A DNA stretch of 64,000 bases, from positions 288,001 through 352,000 of the forward strand of contig CAVTRN010000002.1 in assembly GCA_963737155.1 (NCBI GenBank), given 5' to 3'. Below are positions 41,110 through 50,772 of the stretch, one piece after another; within the stretch, counting starts at the first letter, position 1; every line of letters starts with the position of its first letter. The position numbers and the translations under genes are program-made. Below the pieces are notes generated by a model that saw only the letters and a list, made by a program, of their open reading frames with translations, was not told where the DNA came from and did not search any database. This DNA is from Nitrospirota bacterium (GTDB taxonomy: Bacteria; Nitrospirota; UBA9217).

Positions 41110-42067
41110 TTAGCTCCTTCTTGGCTTTATCGAGTAAATCGAGCCTGACGTAGTCCTTTGCAACGGGTGGTTTCGTCATTTTCGCAATACCATACTTGAC
41201 CATCATGTCTGTCGAAATTTGTACCTGTGCAAGTGTGACATCATAGGTAAATGGCGAATTTTCGATGGCTTGTCGGTAGTCTTCGCTCGAGAGCTGACCC
41301 TTGAACATCTTATCCCGAACATACTGTTCAGCAACATCCGGATGTTCTATAAAATATTTTGTTGCTTCAACGAAGCATTTCATAACCCGTTCAGCAACAT
41401 CACGCCGCGTGTTATACATTTTTTCAGTCATGATCAGAGTTCGAACCGGCTCTCCAAGCGGCGTATCATAGGGTTTGATGATCTCAACGCCATAACCCTT
41501 GCTGATGGCCTGCGAGGACTGGGGTTCCGATTGACTAATGGCGTCAACGTTCCGGGAGAGAAGAGCCTGGTTAAGGTCGGCATAGGCCATGTACTCGATC
41601 TGTACATCCTTGCCCGGGTTCACAGAATAGGTCAAATTATATTTCCCTAATTCGGCAAGAAGGACCAGTTCCTGAGCGCCACCACGGGGCACTCCTACCT
41701 TTTTCCCCTTGAGATCGGCGATTGAATGCCATTTCATGTTGGAGCGTCCGACTATCCGCGCACCTCCACGGGCAAATCCTGCCACGATATAGATCGGGAC
41801 ACCTGCAGCACGGGCCGCAATTGCACCGTCGATAGCACTCGCCGCGATGTCAATGTCACCTGCGATGATTGCCGGCATAATATCGATCCCCTTGGGAAAT
41901 ATGCGCTCCTCTATCCTGAGATTGTACTTAGGCGCGATCTCCTTCATATACGATACAGTCCCGTAATGGGCGAACTTGAGGTTTCCGAGGCGGACCAAAT
42001 CTTCAGCATAAACTGATGAACTACACCAGACCATTACCCACAGAAATATTGCCGCAATCTTTTTCAT
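41099..42067 (-). CDS. SsuA/NMT1-like ABC substrate-binding protein
   Basis: Signal peptide, DLKGKKVG motif; RBS GAGGAGG before ATG 42067. Confidence 0.9.
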   Translation of the reverse strand: MKKIAAIFLWVMVWCSSSVYAEDLVRLGNLKFAHYGTVSYMKEIAPKYNLRIEERIFPKGIDIMPAIIAGDIDIAASAIDGAIAARAAGVPIYIVAGFARGGARIVGRSNMKWHSIADLKGKKVGVPRGGAQELVLLAELGKYNLTYSVNPGKDVQIEYMAYADLNQALLSRNVDAISQSEPQSSQAISKGYGVEIIKPYDTPLGEPVRTLIMTEKMYNTRRDVAERVMKCFVEATKYFIEHPDVAEQYVRDKMFKGQLSSEDYRQAIENSPFTYDVTLAQVQISTDMMVKYGIAKMTKPPVAKDYVRLDLLDKAKKELNAR

Positions 42068-42095
42068 CGAATGCCTCCTCGCCATGGCCGTCTCC

Positions 42096-42418
42096 CTAAC
42101 TCATCGGGAATCCCGCTTTTTCCCAGCCCTCTACCCCTTCGTTGAAAACCCTGACATTCAGAAAGCCCTTTCCGATATATTCTGCCACCCGAGCGGCGGC
42201 ACTCGCCTTTTTTGTTTAGGGTCAATAGAATATAATTTCCTGCCCTTTAGGCCACGAATTGATCTTGTCTCTAAATTCTGTTATGAAATAGCCCGTCAAG
42301 ATATGTCGTTTATTGATAAGCCCTATTTCTAGTATAACACGAGGAGAAATTGGGAGTATTCGGCCGCCTTCAAATTTGCCCTCCTCGGTGTGATTTTTAA
42401 AAAGTTATCAATTTTCAT
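42096..42418 (-). pseudogene. Rhodanese-like pseudogene with TGA/TAA in the active-site loop
   Basis: Reads EIIFY*P*TKKASAAAR...KGFLNVRVFNEGVEGWEKAGFP; upstream frameshifts and stops. Confidence 0.7.
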
Positions 42419-42598
42419 TATCAGTTTTTTCGCCTAATTGACAGATCATTTTTCAGTGGATTCTTGACAACGGGTTTTCATGATATATAGTCATAATAGA
42501 CTCGGTTTTCACAATCTTTTAGATAAATCAATGAACGTCGTTTTTACTACCCACTGTAACTGAAGTGCTCGGCAGGACGGGATCTGTAATCTATTTAG

Positions 42599-43240
42599 GT
42601 GCTTAAAATGCAAGAATTGCGATATTTTGCAATTATGTTTAATTTGCTGACGGCGCTTTTGGATTCCTGGACTGTATGGTCCAGTGTTGCAGGCGATGAG
42701 GTTAAAGGGAAAATATGGCGATTGAAGTATCTTCAGCTAGCTTACGGGCAGGGGCTATATCGACCCTATGAGAAACTCGTCACTCTGGCCGCCAAAGAAA
42801 CTGGTCTGCCAGAATCCAGCACCGACAAACTTGTTAAGAATTGGAAGAAGCTCAAACCGTGGACAGAGGTGAAAGAGGTCCTGACCGAACTGAATCAGCA
42901 CGTTCCTCTAGCGGTAGTCACTAACTGCTCGCAGGTTCTAGGGCTGCAGGCGGCCGCTCTTTGCGGAGTCAAATTTGACGTTGTAGTTACATCAGAACGA
43001 GCCGGTTTTTATAAACCTAACCCTGCTCCGTACCTACTTGCAATACGCGAATTGGGTTTTGAACCAAAGAAGGTATTGTATGTTTCCGGGTCTGCCTATG
43101 ACATTCGCGGGGCTATCGATGTGGGGATGGATGTATATTGGCATAACCGGATTGGCATGTCCAAACCGGAAGAAGTACCGGAGCCGGTTATTATGGCCAA
43201 CAGCCTTATGCCGCTAAAAGATTTTGTATGGAGGGCCTGA
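42599..43240 (+). CDS. HAD-family hydrolase (haloacid dehalogenase-like)
   Basis: VVTN, GFYKP, SGSAYD motifs; motif I reads FNLLT. Confidence 0.8.
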   Translation: MLKMQELRYFAIMFNLLTALLDSWTVWSSVAGDEVKGKIWRLKYLQLAYGQGLYRPYEKLVTLAAKETGLPESSTDKLVKNWKKLKPWTEVKEVLTELNQHVPLAVVTNCSQVLGLQAAALCGVKFDVVVTSERAGFYKPNPAPYLLAIRELGFEPKKVLYVSGSAYDIRGAIDVGMDVYWHNRIGMSKPEEVPEPVIMANSLMPLKDFVWRA

Positions 43241-43633
43241 TGGGCTTTTAGGTCAAACAAAGGGCTGATCAGAGCATAGATGGGTTGTCATTTATGGAAT
43301 GAACTACCAATTTAAAATATCACAGTTTGTTGTGTAGTTCAGAAAGATTCCCTCTGTGGACGCTTGATTGAAATGTGGATTTGAATAAATTCGAGGTTTT
43401 ATGTTGGTGCTTTGGCTAGAGATTTATGAACAACCCTACAATACTGAATCCGGGACATCTTTGCCGGGATTCCGCCGGAAACTCTCCTCAAGTGATCATA
43501 TAATATTATTTGTATATTCCATCCTACAGGGTAGTTTTAAGTTCCAGATTTTCTTCCAGAAGTTTTGGAGTATTCATCTTTAGCAACATTTAACAGTACA
43601 AGCGGATTTTTCATATTTAATCTACCTATCTTC

Positions 43634-43694
43634 TGCCCATTCATGGACATGCCCATTCATGGGCATTGACATAAATCAGCAGCAGGCATATAGT
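43634..43694 (+). promoter_or_regulatory. Sigma70 promoter with adjoining palindromic operator
   Basis: TTGACA-17nt-TATAGT; TGCCCATTCATGG twice, the second within palindrome ATGCCCAT-TC-ATGGGCAT. Confidence 0.6.
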
Positions 43695-44133
43695 CATCAA
43701 TGCCATTTTGAATATTATTGTCACGTTCATTGCCAAATCTGTTAACATCGAATTTCGGATATTAGTTATGCACACTCTGATGCAGCCGTACCGATAATAA
43801 ATAACCTGTTAGTCCAGAAAGAAGCGCTGATCGAAACCCAAGAATATTTTATTTCGAAAAAGTTTACTGCCATGATGAAGTGGTCAGCGGCGATTTGTGC
43901 TATATTCGGTATCCTCGAAAACAGCATTATATTCGTAGACCCTCCTAAGAAACGCGCCTTTGGCTTTTTCCCCAATATTATAGGCATACCTATTTTTGTT
44001 GGAGCTGGCTATTGCGTTCAGTTTCTAAGGCGATCAATAAAATATGCGATAACTGTCGAGGCTGCTGGGATAAGGGATATGCATCAATCGTCTACAGCAC
44101 TTGTTTGGCAAGATGTCGGACAAATAGCGGGGT

Positions 44134-45387
44134 GTGCTGGACATGGTGGCTAGGCGGTCGCTGGGGCGGCAGTTCGAGTGGCTCTGGGCGGCGTATGCGA
44201 TCAGCGTGTCCGGCACGTGGTTCGCGTTCGGTGCGTTTCCCTTGATCGCGATCCTTGTGCTGCACTCCGGGCCGACCGAGGTGTCATTGCTGGCGGCTAC
44301 GGGGCTGGCAGTGGGGGCGGTGGTGGCGGTGCCGCTCGGCACGTGGGTGGAGTTCCGCAGCAAGCGGCCGGTGATGATTGCGATGGACCTGACCCGGTTC
44401 GCGGCATTGATGAGCGTCCCCGCCGCGTTCGTGTTCGGCTGGCTCAGCTTCGTCCAGCTCCTGGTCGTGTCGGTCATCGTCGCCGCAGCCAATATCGCCT
44501 TCAAGGCGGCCAGCGGCGTATATCTGAAAGCGCTCGTGCGGCCGGAGGACCTGCTCGTCGCGAATGGGCGGTTCGAGTCCACGACCTGGATCGCCACGGC
44601 GCTCGGACCACCGCTCGGTGGGGTCGCGATCGGGCTGTTCGGCCCGGTGACGACCGTGGTGGCCGATGCGGTAAGCTACCTGTTCTCGGCAGTAGGCATC
44701 CGCGCGATTGGGGAGAGGGAGCAGCGCCCTGTACGAATTGATGCGCCACGGCTCCGAACCGGCGAACTGCTTGACGGGTGGCGGTACATCCTGACTCACC
44801 CGGCGCTGCGCCCGCTGTTCTTCAACACGGTCCTGGTTAACGGCCTGATCATGGCGACCTCGCCGCTGCTCGCCGTCCTCATGCTCGGCCGCCTCGGGTT
44901 CGCACCCTGGCAGTATGGCCTCGCGTTCGGAGCACCCTGCGTCGGCGGCCTCATCGGCTCACGACTGGCTCACCGACTCGTCGCGCGGTTCGGGCAGCAC
45001 AAGGTCATGCTCGTCGCCGGGGCACTGCGCGCGTGCTGGCCGCTCGGGTTGGCCTTCATCCGCCCCGGCGCTGCCGGGCTCATGCTTGTCATCGCTGTCG
45101 AGCTTGGGCTGATCACCTGCATAAGCGTATTCAACCCGGTGTTCGCCACCTACCGTCTGGACCAGACCGCGACGGATCGAGTCGCCCGCATCCTGTCCGC
45201 GTGGTCCGTCACCAGCAACATCACCATCGCGTCCATGACCGCCCTGTGGGGCCTGCTGGCCAGCATCACCAGCCCCCGAACCGCGATCGCGATCGCCGGT
45301 GTCCTCATGCTGGCCACACCGCTTTTGCTTCCCCGACACGACTACGTACCGCAGCACGAGCCGGAACCGGCCCGGAGCTACATATGA
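44134..45387 (+). CDS. MFS transporter (GC-rich, actinobacterial-like)
   Basis: About 12 TMs, KRPVMIAMDLTR motif; sharp GC increase relative to flanks. Confidence 0.85.
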   Translation: MLDMVARRSLGRQFEWLWAAYAISVSGTWFAFGAFPLIAILVLHSGPTEVSLLAATGLAVGAVVAVPLGTWVEFRSKRPVMIAMDLTRFAALMSVPAAFVFGWLSFVQLLVVSVIVAAANIAFKAASGVYLKALVRPEDLLVANGRFESTTWIATALGPPLGGVAIGLFGPVTTVVADAVSYLFSAVGIRAIGEREQRPVRIDAPRLRTGELLDGWRYILTHPALRPLFFNTVLVNGLIMATSPLLAVLMLGRLGFAPWQYGLAFGAPCVGGLIGSRLAHRLVARFGQHKVMLVAGALRACWPLGLAFIRPGAAGLMLVIAVELGLITCISVFNPVFATYRLDQTATDRVARILSAWSVTSNITIASMTALWGLLASITSPRTAIAIAGVLMLATPLLLPRHDYVPQHEPEPARSYI

Positions 45388-45990
45388 CACACTGCACTCG
45401 CCACTGACCCCTGAAGGCAGACAGCGGCTGGTCCGCCGATGCAGGTTGGTCTCGACAGTGGTGACGCGATGGAGACGACCAAGCACTGCTGGATCGCTAC
45501 CCAGTATCCAGCCCAACCCGGACGCCTAACCCACCATCGACTGCATTATCGACCTGCGGAAACGACATCGTAGTCGGCCGCACCATCGTCTCGCAAATCA
45601 TCGACAAGGGAATACTGATCAGCACGGCTACAGTCACTCAACACCTCAAGGCCAACGACCGGAACCGGCTGCGCCATTTAGACGCCGTCATAAGAGAACC
45701 GAACTGCAAGCCAGACAGGCAAGATTATAGCCGACTACCCCGTCCACATGATCCATCTTGACGTGAAGAAGGTCGGCTGTATCCCCGATGGCGGTGGTGA
45801 GCGCATTCACGGCAGGGATCATCGCAAGCCGGAGTCGCCGCGGTTGCCAAGACAAGGCCGCTCGGGCCGGATACACCTACCTTCACTCGGCTATCGACGG
45901 GTTCACCCGACTCGTTTACACCGAGCCGCACGACGACGAGACCGCCGCCACCGGCGCAAAAACGCTTCTGTTTCGCCGGAGTATGAGCGA
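45384..45990 (+). mobile_element. IS481-family transposase remnant
   Basis: LTPEGRQRLV, MIHLDVKKVG.IPDGGG, GYTYLHSAIDGFTRL.Y.E in shifted frames. Confidence 0.8.
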
Positions 45991-46534
45991 CATGACGAAA
46001 GTTATTACAACTTATACTCGACATACGAGACCCTTTAAATATAAGATATTCTTTACTTAACGAGCTATAATTGCTAAAGATGAAAATGGGAAAATATCTA
46101 AGCTGGAGGTTTAAGTGACATCTACGAGTGTGTAAACTTGCAGAAGAAGAAAGTCACAAAGAATGTTCTAAATGCGCCAGAACTGAAGCTGAGCCCACAA
46201 AAGACTTTGAAACACGGTTCAGTGAGTTCCGTGAGCGACCATTGATCATGCCCTTGGAGGAGTTTACTTCTCAGAAAAGTGAAGAGTATCCCGTTGTGCC
46301 AACCACATCAAGAAAGTCCGTTCTTGTGGAGTTCCTGATAGAAAGAGAATTTTAAGATAGTCAATATATCAGGACAGCAGTTGACAAACATCGAAATAAA
46401 AAAATAAATGTTGCGAACTCGCTCTGTAACTTGCCGCAATATATATGATGGATGGTCGGGTTATCAAAATAGGCAAATGGTGTGAAAGCATAATAATACA
46501 AATTTGATTATACAATAAAAAAGGGAGAGGGATT

Positions 46535-47632
46535 ATGATTAATAAATGCTTTTCCCGTACCATTATTTATTTACTATATATCATGGTTGCATTGACCCGC
46601 GTAGTCGGTGCCGGAGACGAACCACCATTGAAGGCATCTGAACAATGGAGAAAAGATTTGAAACGACTGGTTATGCTCTCCAGAATTGTTGCTGATAAAC
46701 CTTCTTTGTTAAGTCAAAAGCCTTCAACTCAACAAATTCCTGACTTAGCGGCTGAACCCTTTTGTTGTATATCGCCTGATTTGAATGAATGCTTATTATC
46801 CCAAATATCTAGCATGCTCTTGCAAATAACAACAGATACTGCAAATATATTCGATGCAACACAAGGAGCAGCGGTTCAAATAACCTTTGGTAGGGCAACA
46901 GATGTATGGACTGAAAAAGACATTTCAAATAATTGGGACACCCTGCAGAAATGGACAAATGTATTGGGACCAGCGGCCGTAGTTGTAGGCGCAATACTGA
47001 TATCTCAGCATAAAGAAGGCAGTGCTTATCGTTTGGGAGAAGAGATTGCTGGCAGCGGCGCTGCGTTGATAATAGTAGGTGATTTGGGTACGTTAGGCCA
47101 ACTGTTTGGTGGCGTCAGTCCAAAACATAGAGCAAAGACTGCAATAAGAACGATTAATACATTGCAAGATATTGAAACGTCAAGGCAAGCATACGAAGAC
47201 TCGCAACTTATTTATGGGTTTTTAGATAATTATAGTAATAAATCTAAAAAGCTTTTAAATACAATATTATCGTTATCAAACGATGCTAAAGCCTTAAGTA
47301 GTGTAGCTCCTTCTCCCGATAAATCGAAGAGGATTGTGGAACTATGTGATAAAACGAGAGAGGTAGTAAGTGATTTTAAAGAGACTGCCGGCTTTACAGA
47401 AGATTATGCAAATCAACTACTGATTCTTTATAAAAAATACCATGATGAGGTTTCTTCACCTGAAGATAAGTTAAAATTTGAGGATGCACGGCAAAGCGTG
47501 AATAATTTTAATGCTAAATATGATGAAGTAATTGTTCCTTATTTGCAAGGCGTACCTGAAGTAATTGAAGCAATGCAAAATATAAAGGCAGCTTTCATCG
47601 CAAACAGCATTGCTGATAAACATTACTTCTAA
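46535..47632 (+). CDS. Hypothetical helical protein with signal peptide and central hydrophobic hairpin
   Basis: 365-aa ORF, RBS GGGAGAGG, AT-rich. Confidence 0.7.
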   Translation: MINKCFSRTIIYLLYIMVALTRVVGAGDEPPLKASEQWRKDLKRLVMLSRIVADKPSLLSQKPSTQQIPDLAAEPFCCISPDLNECLLSQISSMLLQITTDTANIFDATQGAAVQITFGRATDVWTEKDISNNWDTLQKWTNVLGPAAVVVGAILISQHKEGSAYRLGEEIAGSGAALIIVGDLGTLGQLFGGVSPKHRAKTAIRTINTLQDIETSRQAYEDSQLIYGFLDNYSNKSKKLLNTILSLSNDAKALSSVAPSPDKSKRIVELCDKTREVVSDFKETAGFTEDYANQLLILYKKYHDEVSSPEDKLKFEDARQSVNNFNAKYDEVIVPYLQGVPEVIEAMQNIKAAFIANSIADKHYF

Positions 47633-47763
47633 CCGCTTTCTAGCGGAATGCTGACAAAAGCAGTAAAACAGCATAAAATGTATCCGTCCAAGAAACGTTT
47701 AAAAAAAGCGTTTTCTTTATGTTGCTGTACATCATTTGATGATGGTGGGAGGATTTAAATAAA

Positions 47764-47847
47764 CTCATAACCGAAGGTCGTCGGTTCAAAACCGCCTCCG
47801 CTTCCAAACTTATCATGAGGATACAGGATTTTCTGTAGCCTCTTTTT
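47764..47847 (+). pseudogene. Degenerate tRNA-fMet 3' half plus hairpin (att-like scar 4)
   Basis: CTCATAACCGAAGGTCGTCGGTTCAAAACCGCCTCCGCTTCCA then GAGGATACAG...CTGTAGCCTC and a T run. Confidence 0.75.
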
Positions 47848-48118
47848 ATTGTGCCGAGCATGTTCGACAGCTTGGATGTGCAAGATATATGTGGGTAGGG
47901 CATAAGGTTATTCTTCCCCATTAAAGTATAGGAAAAAAATTCTTCAAGACTACCCAAAATAGCAACCTCCTGCTGAGAATTACTTTTGGAACGTAGAGTG
48001 AAATCCCGTAGTTCGGCATTGTTGGTCACCCTCCTGTCGTGAAACGGGCCTGAATGATGGAGGGCGTCGGGGACAGACAACCATGCTTGGCCGTGATCGA
48101 CGTTTTAATTAACGCCTC

Positions 48119-48349
48119 TCAACCTTTCTTGTAAAACCCTTCTTTTTTAACATTACGCCGATGCCCCGTTGGGGGCTTTCCGATAGTATCAACTTTTTTC
48201 TCCATTTCGCCGGTATGTCTCTCCTGTCTTTCCATCACTATCTTTTCTGCATCGACCCAATTCTTTAAATCATTCCCGTGAACTCTGCCTGCTTTTTCAT
48301 AAAATTCGTACGCAACCCTTGCAATCTTGTCATGTATATCTTTTTTCAT
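48119..48349 (-). CDS. DUF2934-like protein
   Basis: IARVAYEFYEKAGR.HG.DL.NW..AE motif. Confidence 0.8.
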   Translation of the reverse strand: MKKDIHDKIARVAYEFYEKAGRVHGNDLKNWVDAEKIVMERQERHTGEMEKKVDTIGKPPTGHRRNVKKEGFYKKG

Positions 48350-48413
48350 TATCGTTCAATCCTCCCTCTAAATAATATTGCTTATGAGTGGTCCCATTTC
48401 AATCCTATCGACA

Positions 48414-48818
48414 CTATTTCTGAAAGTACTTCCGGACTTTCGCCGCAACCTGACGATCAGTCATCTTGTCAACAGTTTCAATGCCTGCGATGAGTCCACC
48501 GAGGTTGCTTTTTTTTAGACGTTTTATTAGTTCGCCCGTTGCCTCACCAGGGCCAAATATCAGAATAGATCTAGCATCACGAATACTCGCGATTACCGCA
48601 TCGTAGTAAATGTTGAGATGTCCCGTAAACCTTTTCTGACGGCTGTCAGCTGACGGTACTTGCAGCGGTTCATAGCGACCTTTAAGGGGGGAATCACCGG
48701 ACCGGCGGAGTTGTTTTAAAGCCTTCGATATTACCAGCGTGGTCTCTTCCCCTTTATCCGTAACAGCCACGATAATAGCCTTCCTATGGTCGATCCATAA
48801 ACCCATCGTCGTTTTCAT
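48414..48818 (-). CDS. Release-factor-like (baeRF / host-attachment type) protein
   Basis: GLWIDHRKA, ILIFGPGEA, ETVDKMT motifs. Confidence 0.7.
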   Translation of the reverse strand: MKTTMGLWIDHRKAIIVAVTDKGEETTLVISKALKQLRRSGDSPLKGRYEPLQVPSADSRQKRFTGHLNIYYDAVIASIRDARSILIFGPGEATGELIKRLKKSNLGGLIAGIETVDKMTDRQVAAKVRKYFQK

Positions 48819-49019
48819 AAATGTCTCCTTTAGCCGCTTACGCTTATATATAAAATTATACTACTAATAAAAGCTTCTGGAAGCCGCTCTTCTATCTCTC
48901 TTCCTCTTTGATGTAGATTTTACGTATCATGTTCTTACTGAGAACTCCAGGAGCGTTGTCGCCCGAGTAACCTTAAAGGAACGCCTAATCCCCGCAGGAT
49001 TTGTCCTGGACGTCTTTAA

Positions 49020-49340
49020 ATATGGCGGCATCGAAGATCGCTCTGAAAGAAGCGCAATTCTTCAGATGCGTTCCGATATAATGGCTGATCTCCGGAAACC
49101 GGTAGATGATAGCTGACAGTTGAAAGAACCTGCCCCTTGCCACGTGGGTTATACTTGGGAGTGAGAGTGCTCAAATACACAGCCACAACCAAGGGGGCAG
49201 GTAAGAATAATTGTGTCACATTCATCGGTCATGATGTCCACAAAGATTCCATAAAAACCGCGGTTGCAGACGGTTTCAGCAAGCAGGACGTTCCTCACCG
49301 CGGCACAATCGGTAGCAGCCTGGATTCGCTAGCACTTCGT
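49020..49340 (+). mobile_element. IS110-family remnant: non-coding leader plus transposase N-terminus
   Basis: FIGHDVHKDSI.TAVA (RuvC DEDD start); long stem 49128-49139/49190-49202 upstream. Confidence 0.6.
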
Positions 49341-49617
49341 TCTTCATGGAGCTGATATAGTTGCATCTGTTGGAAAATAAAAACTGCAATTGGAAGTAGT
49401 TAGAACGCGCCTTAGCGCTGGTACTCCTGCCTCCACCTGCCCGTAAAAACGAGCTATAATTAGTTAAGAATTCAAGCATGATCATCCACGTTAAACTTAT
49501 CGTTTTTGCCGCTATGCTTAACGTCGGTTGTAGGTATGGTTCTAGAGGCCACAACAGGGCACAAAGTCATTGTCACGTAAAAACGAGGTTTTAAATGAAA
49601 CAGGAGGTGACCAACAT

Positions 49618-50061
49618 ATGAAAACCATCCTCAAGGCGTTCTATACAAAACCGCTTGTGATCTATCTAATATTAGCGTTGATTGAGATCTCGACTTTCGC
49701 CGGACCAGCCGAGGCCATGTTTTTCCCTGCCGCACCTCATCAGAATATGACCGAGGCGACCGCATTATCCGCGAGCCGGGCGGCAGATATGGCTAAGATC
49801 CAGACGGCATTGGAATCGAAGATTCTCCAGCAAAAGCTTATGGACTACGGGCTATCTCCTGAGGAGACTATGGCGCGGGTGAACAAACTTTCGGACGAGC
49901 AGATTCATCAGCTCGCTACACGCGCGGACTCGCTCCAAGCGGGCGGATACGGGGGTGGTGCTGGGGTTTTGGTGTTTCTCTTCCTGGTGCTCATCATCGT
50001 TGTGTTGATTGTGGCACTCACATACCCCGGGTACGGGTACGGGTACGGCCATCACAGATAG
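49618..50061 (+). CDS. PA2779-family protein
   Basis: L.DYGLSPEE..ARV..LSDEQIHQLA...L.AGG plus C-terminal TM; RBS AGGAGGT. Confidence 0.8.
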   Translation: MKTILKAFYTKPLVIYLILALIEISTFAGPAEAMFFPAAPHQNMTEATALSASRAADMAKIQTALESKILQQKLMDYGLSPEETMARVNKLSDEQIHQLATRADSLQAGGYGGGAGVLVFLFLVLIIVVLIVALTYPGYGYGYGHHR

Positions 50062-50199
50062 GATCACGTTTCTTAAATAAAACGGGAGGGAACCACATAC
50101 GAAGAATTTACTCAATATTTCTATGCGAAGCCGCTATTAGCCGCTGTGATTATGGCGTTTAAAATGCATTCTGAGCGTAACACAAAGTGACAAATGTCC

Positions 50200-50335
50200 C
50201 TAACCTGTCTCTCAACTCGAACCGAGAGAGCATGTACCGGATGCTTTCCAAAAAGGGAACTCCGAGATTAAAAGCATCTTTACCCTGCTGCACTCGCTGG
50301 GGATGAAACTGTATGTCGAGCCGAAGACTAGGTCG
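50200..50335 (+). pseudogene. Addiction-module antidote (HTH) C-terminal remnant
   Basis: RESMYRMLSKKGNSEIKSIFTLLHSLGMKL. Confidence 0.55.
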
Positions 50336-50772
50336 GCGAAGTCATCAAAGACCAAAAAGGCGGGATAAGATAAGCAAAGGGTGCGCTCGGATTCGTGAGT
50401 TAAAATATTCGGACGCGCCGATTTACGTGAGGCAACGACCAGACCACAGTTTGTAGCAAAAGATAGCGAAAAAGGCATAGATTACAAAGAAAGCCGCAGA
50501 TGATATCTTAGAATGCATCATAGAAGTAGCCTAACAAAGAAGACAAAACACTTTCACGTTGCCTGGACTTGGCAAACTCGTTCTCGCTCAGCGTAAGGCA
50601 CGTAGCGGCAGGAACCACGCAACAGGAGAGACTAATCAAATTAAGGCAAAGAAGGGTTCTCAACTGGTCAAGCTTTAATTGTATATTAGCAACTTTTATG
50701 ATATATTATATTCAATGGAATATATAAATAAGGGCTAAGCATCAGTAAACTAACAACTTGAGGCCGTAAAAA

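Noticed and set aside
17795-47847. Functional tRNA genes
   Set aside because: All four lack the 5' acceptor strand and D arm and carry disruptive changes.
50714-50772. IS607 TnpA remnant (MEYINKG*AS)
   Set aside because: Too short to distinguish from chance.
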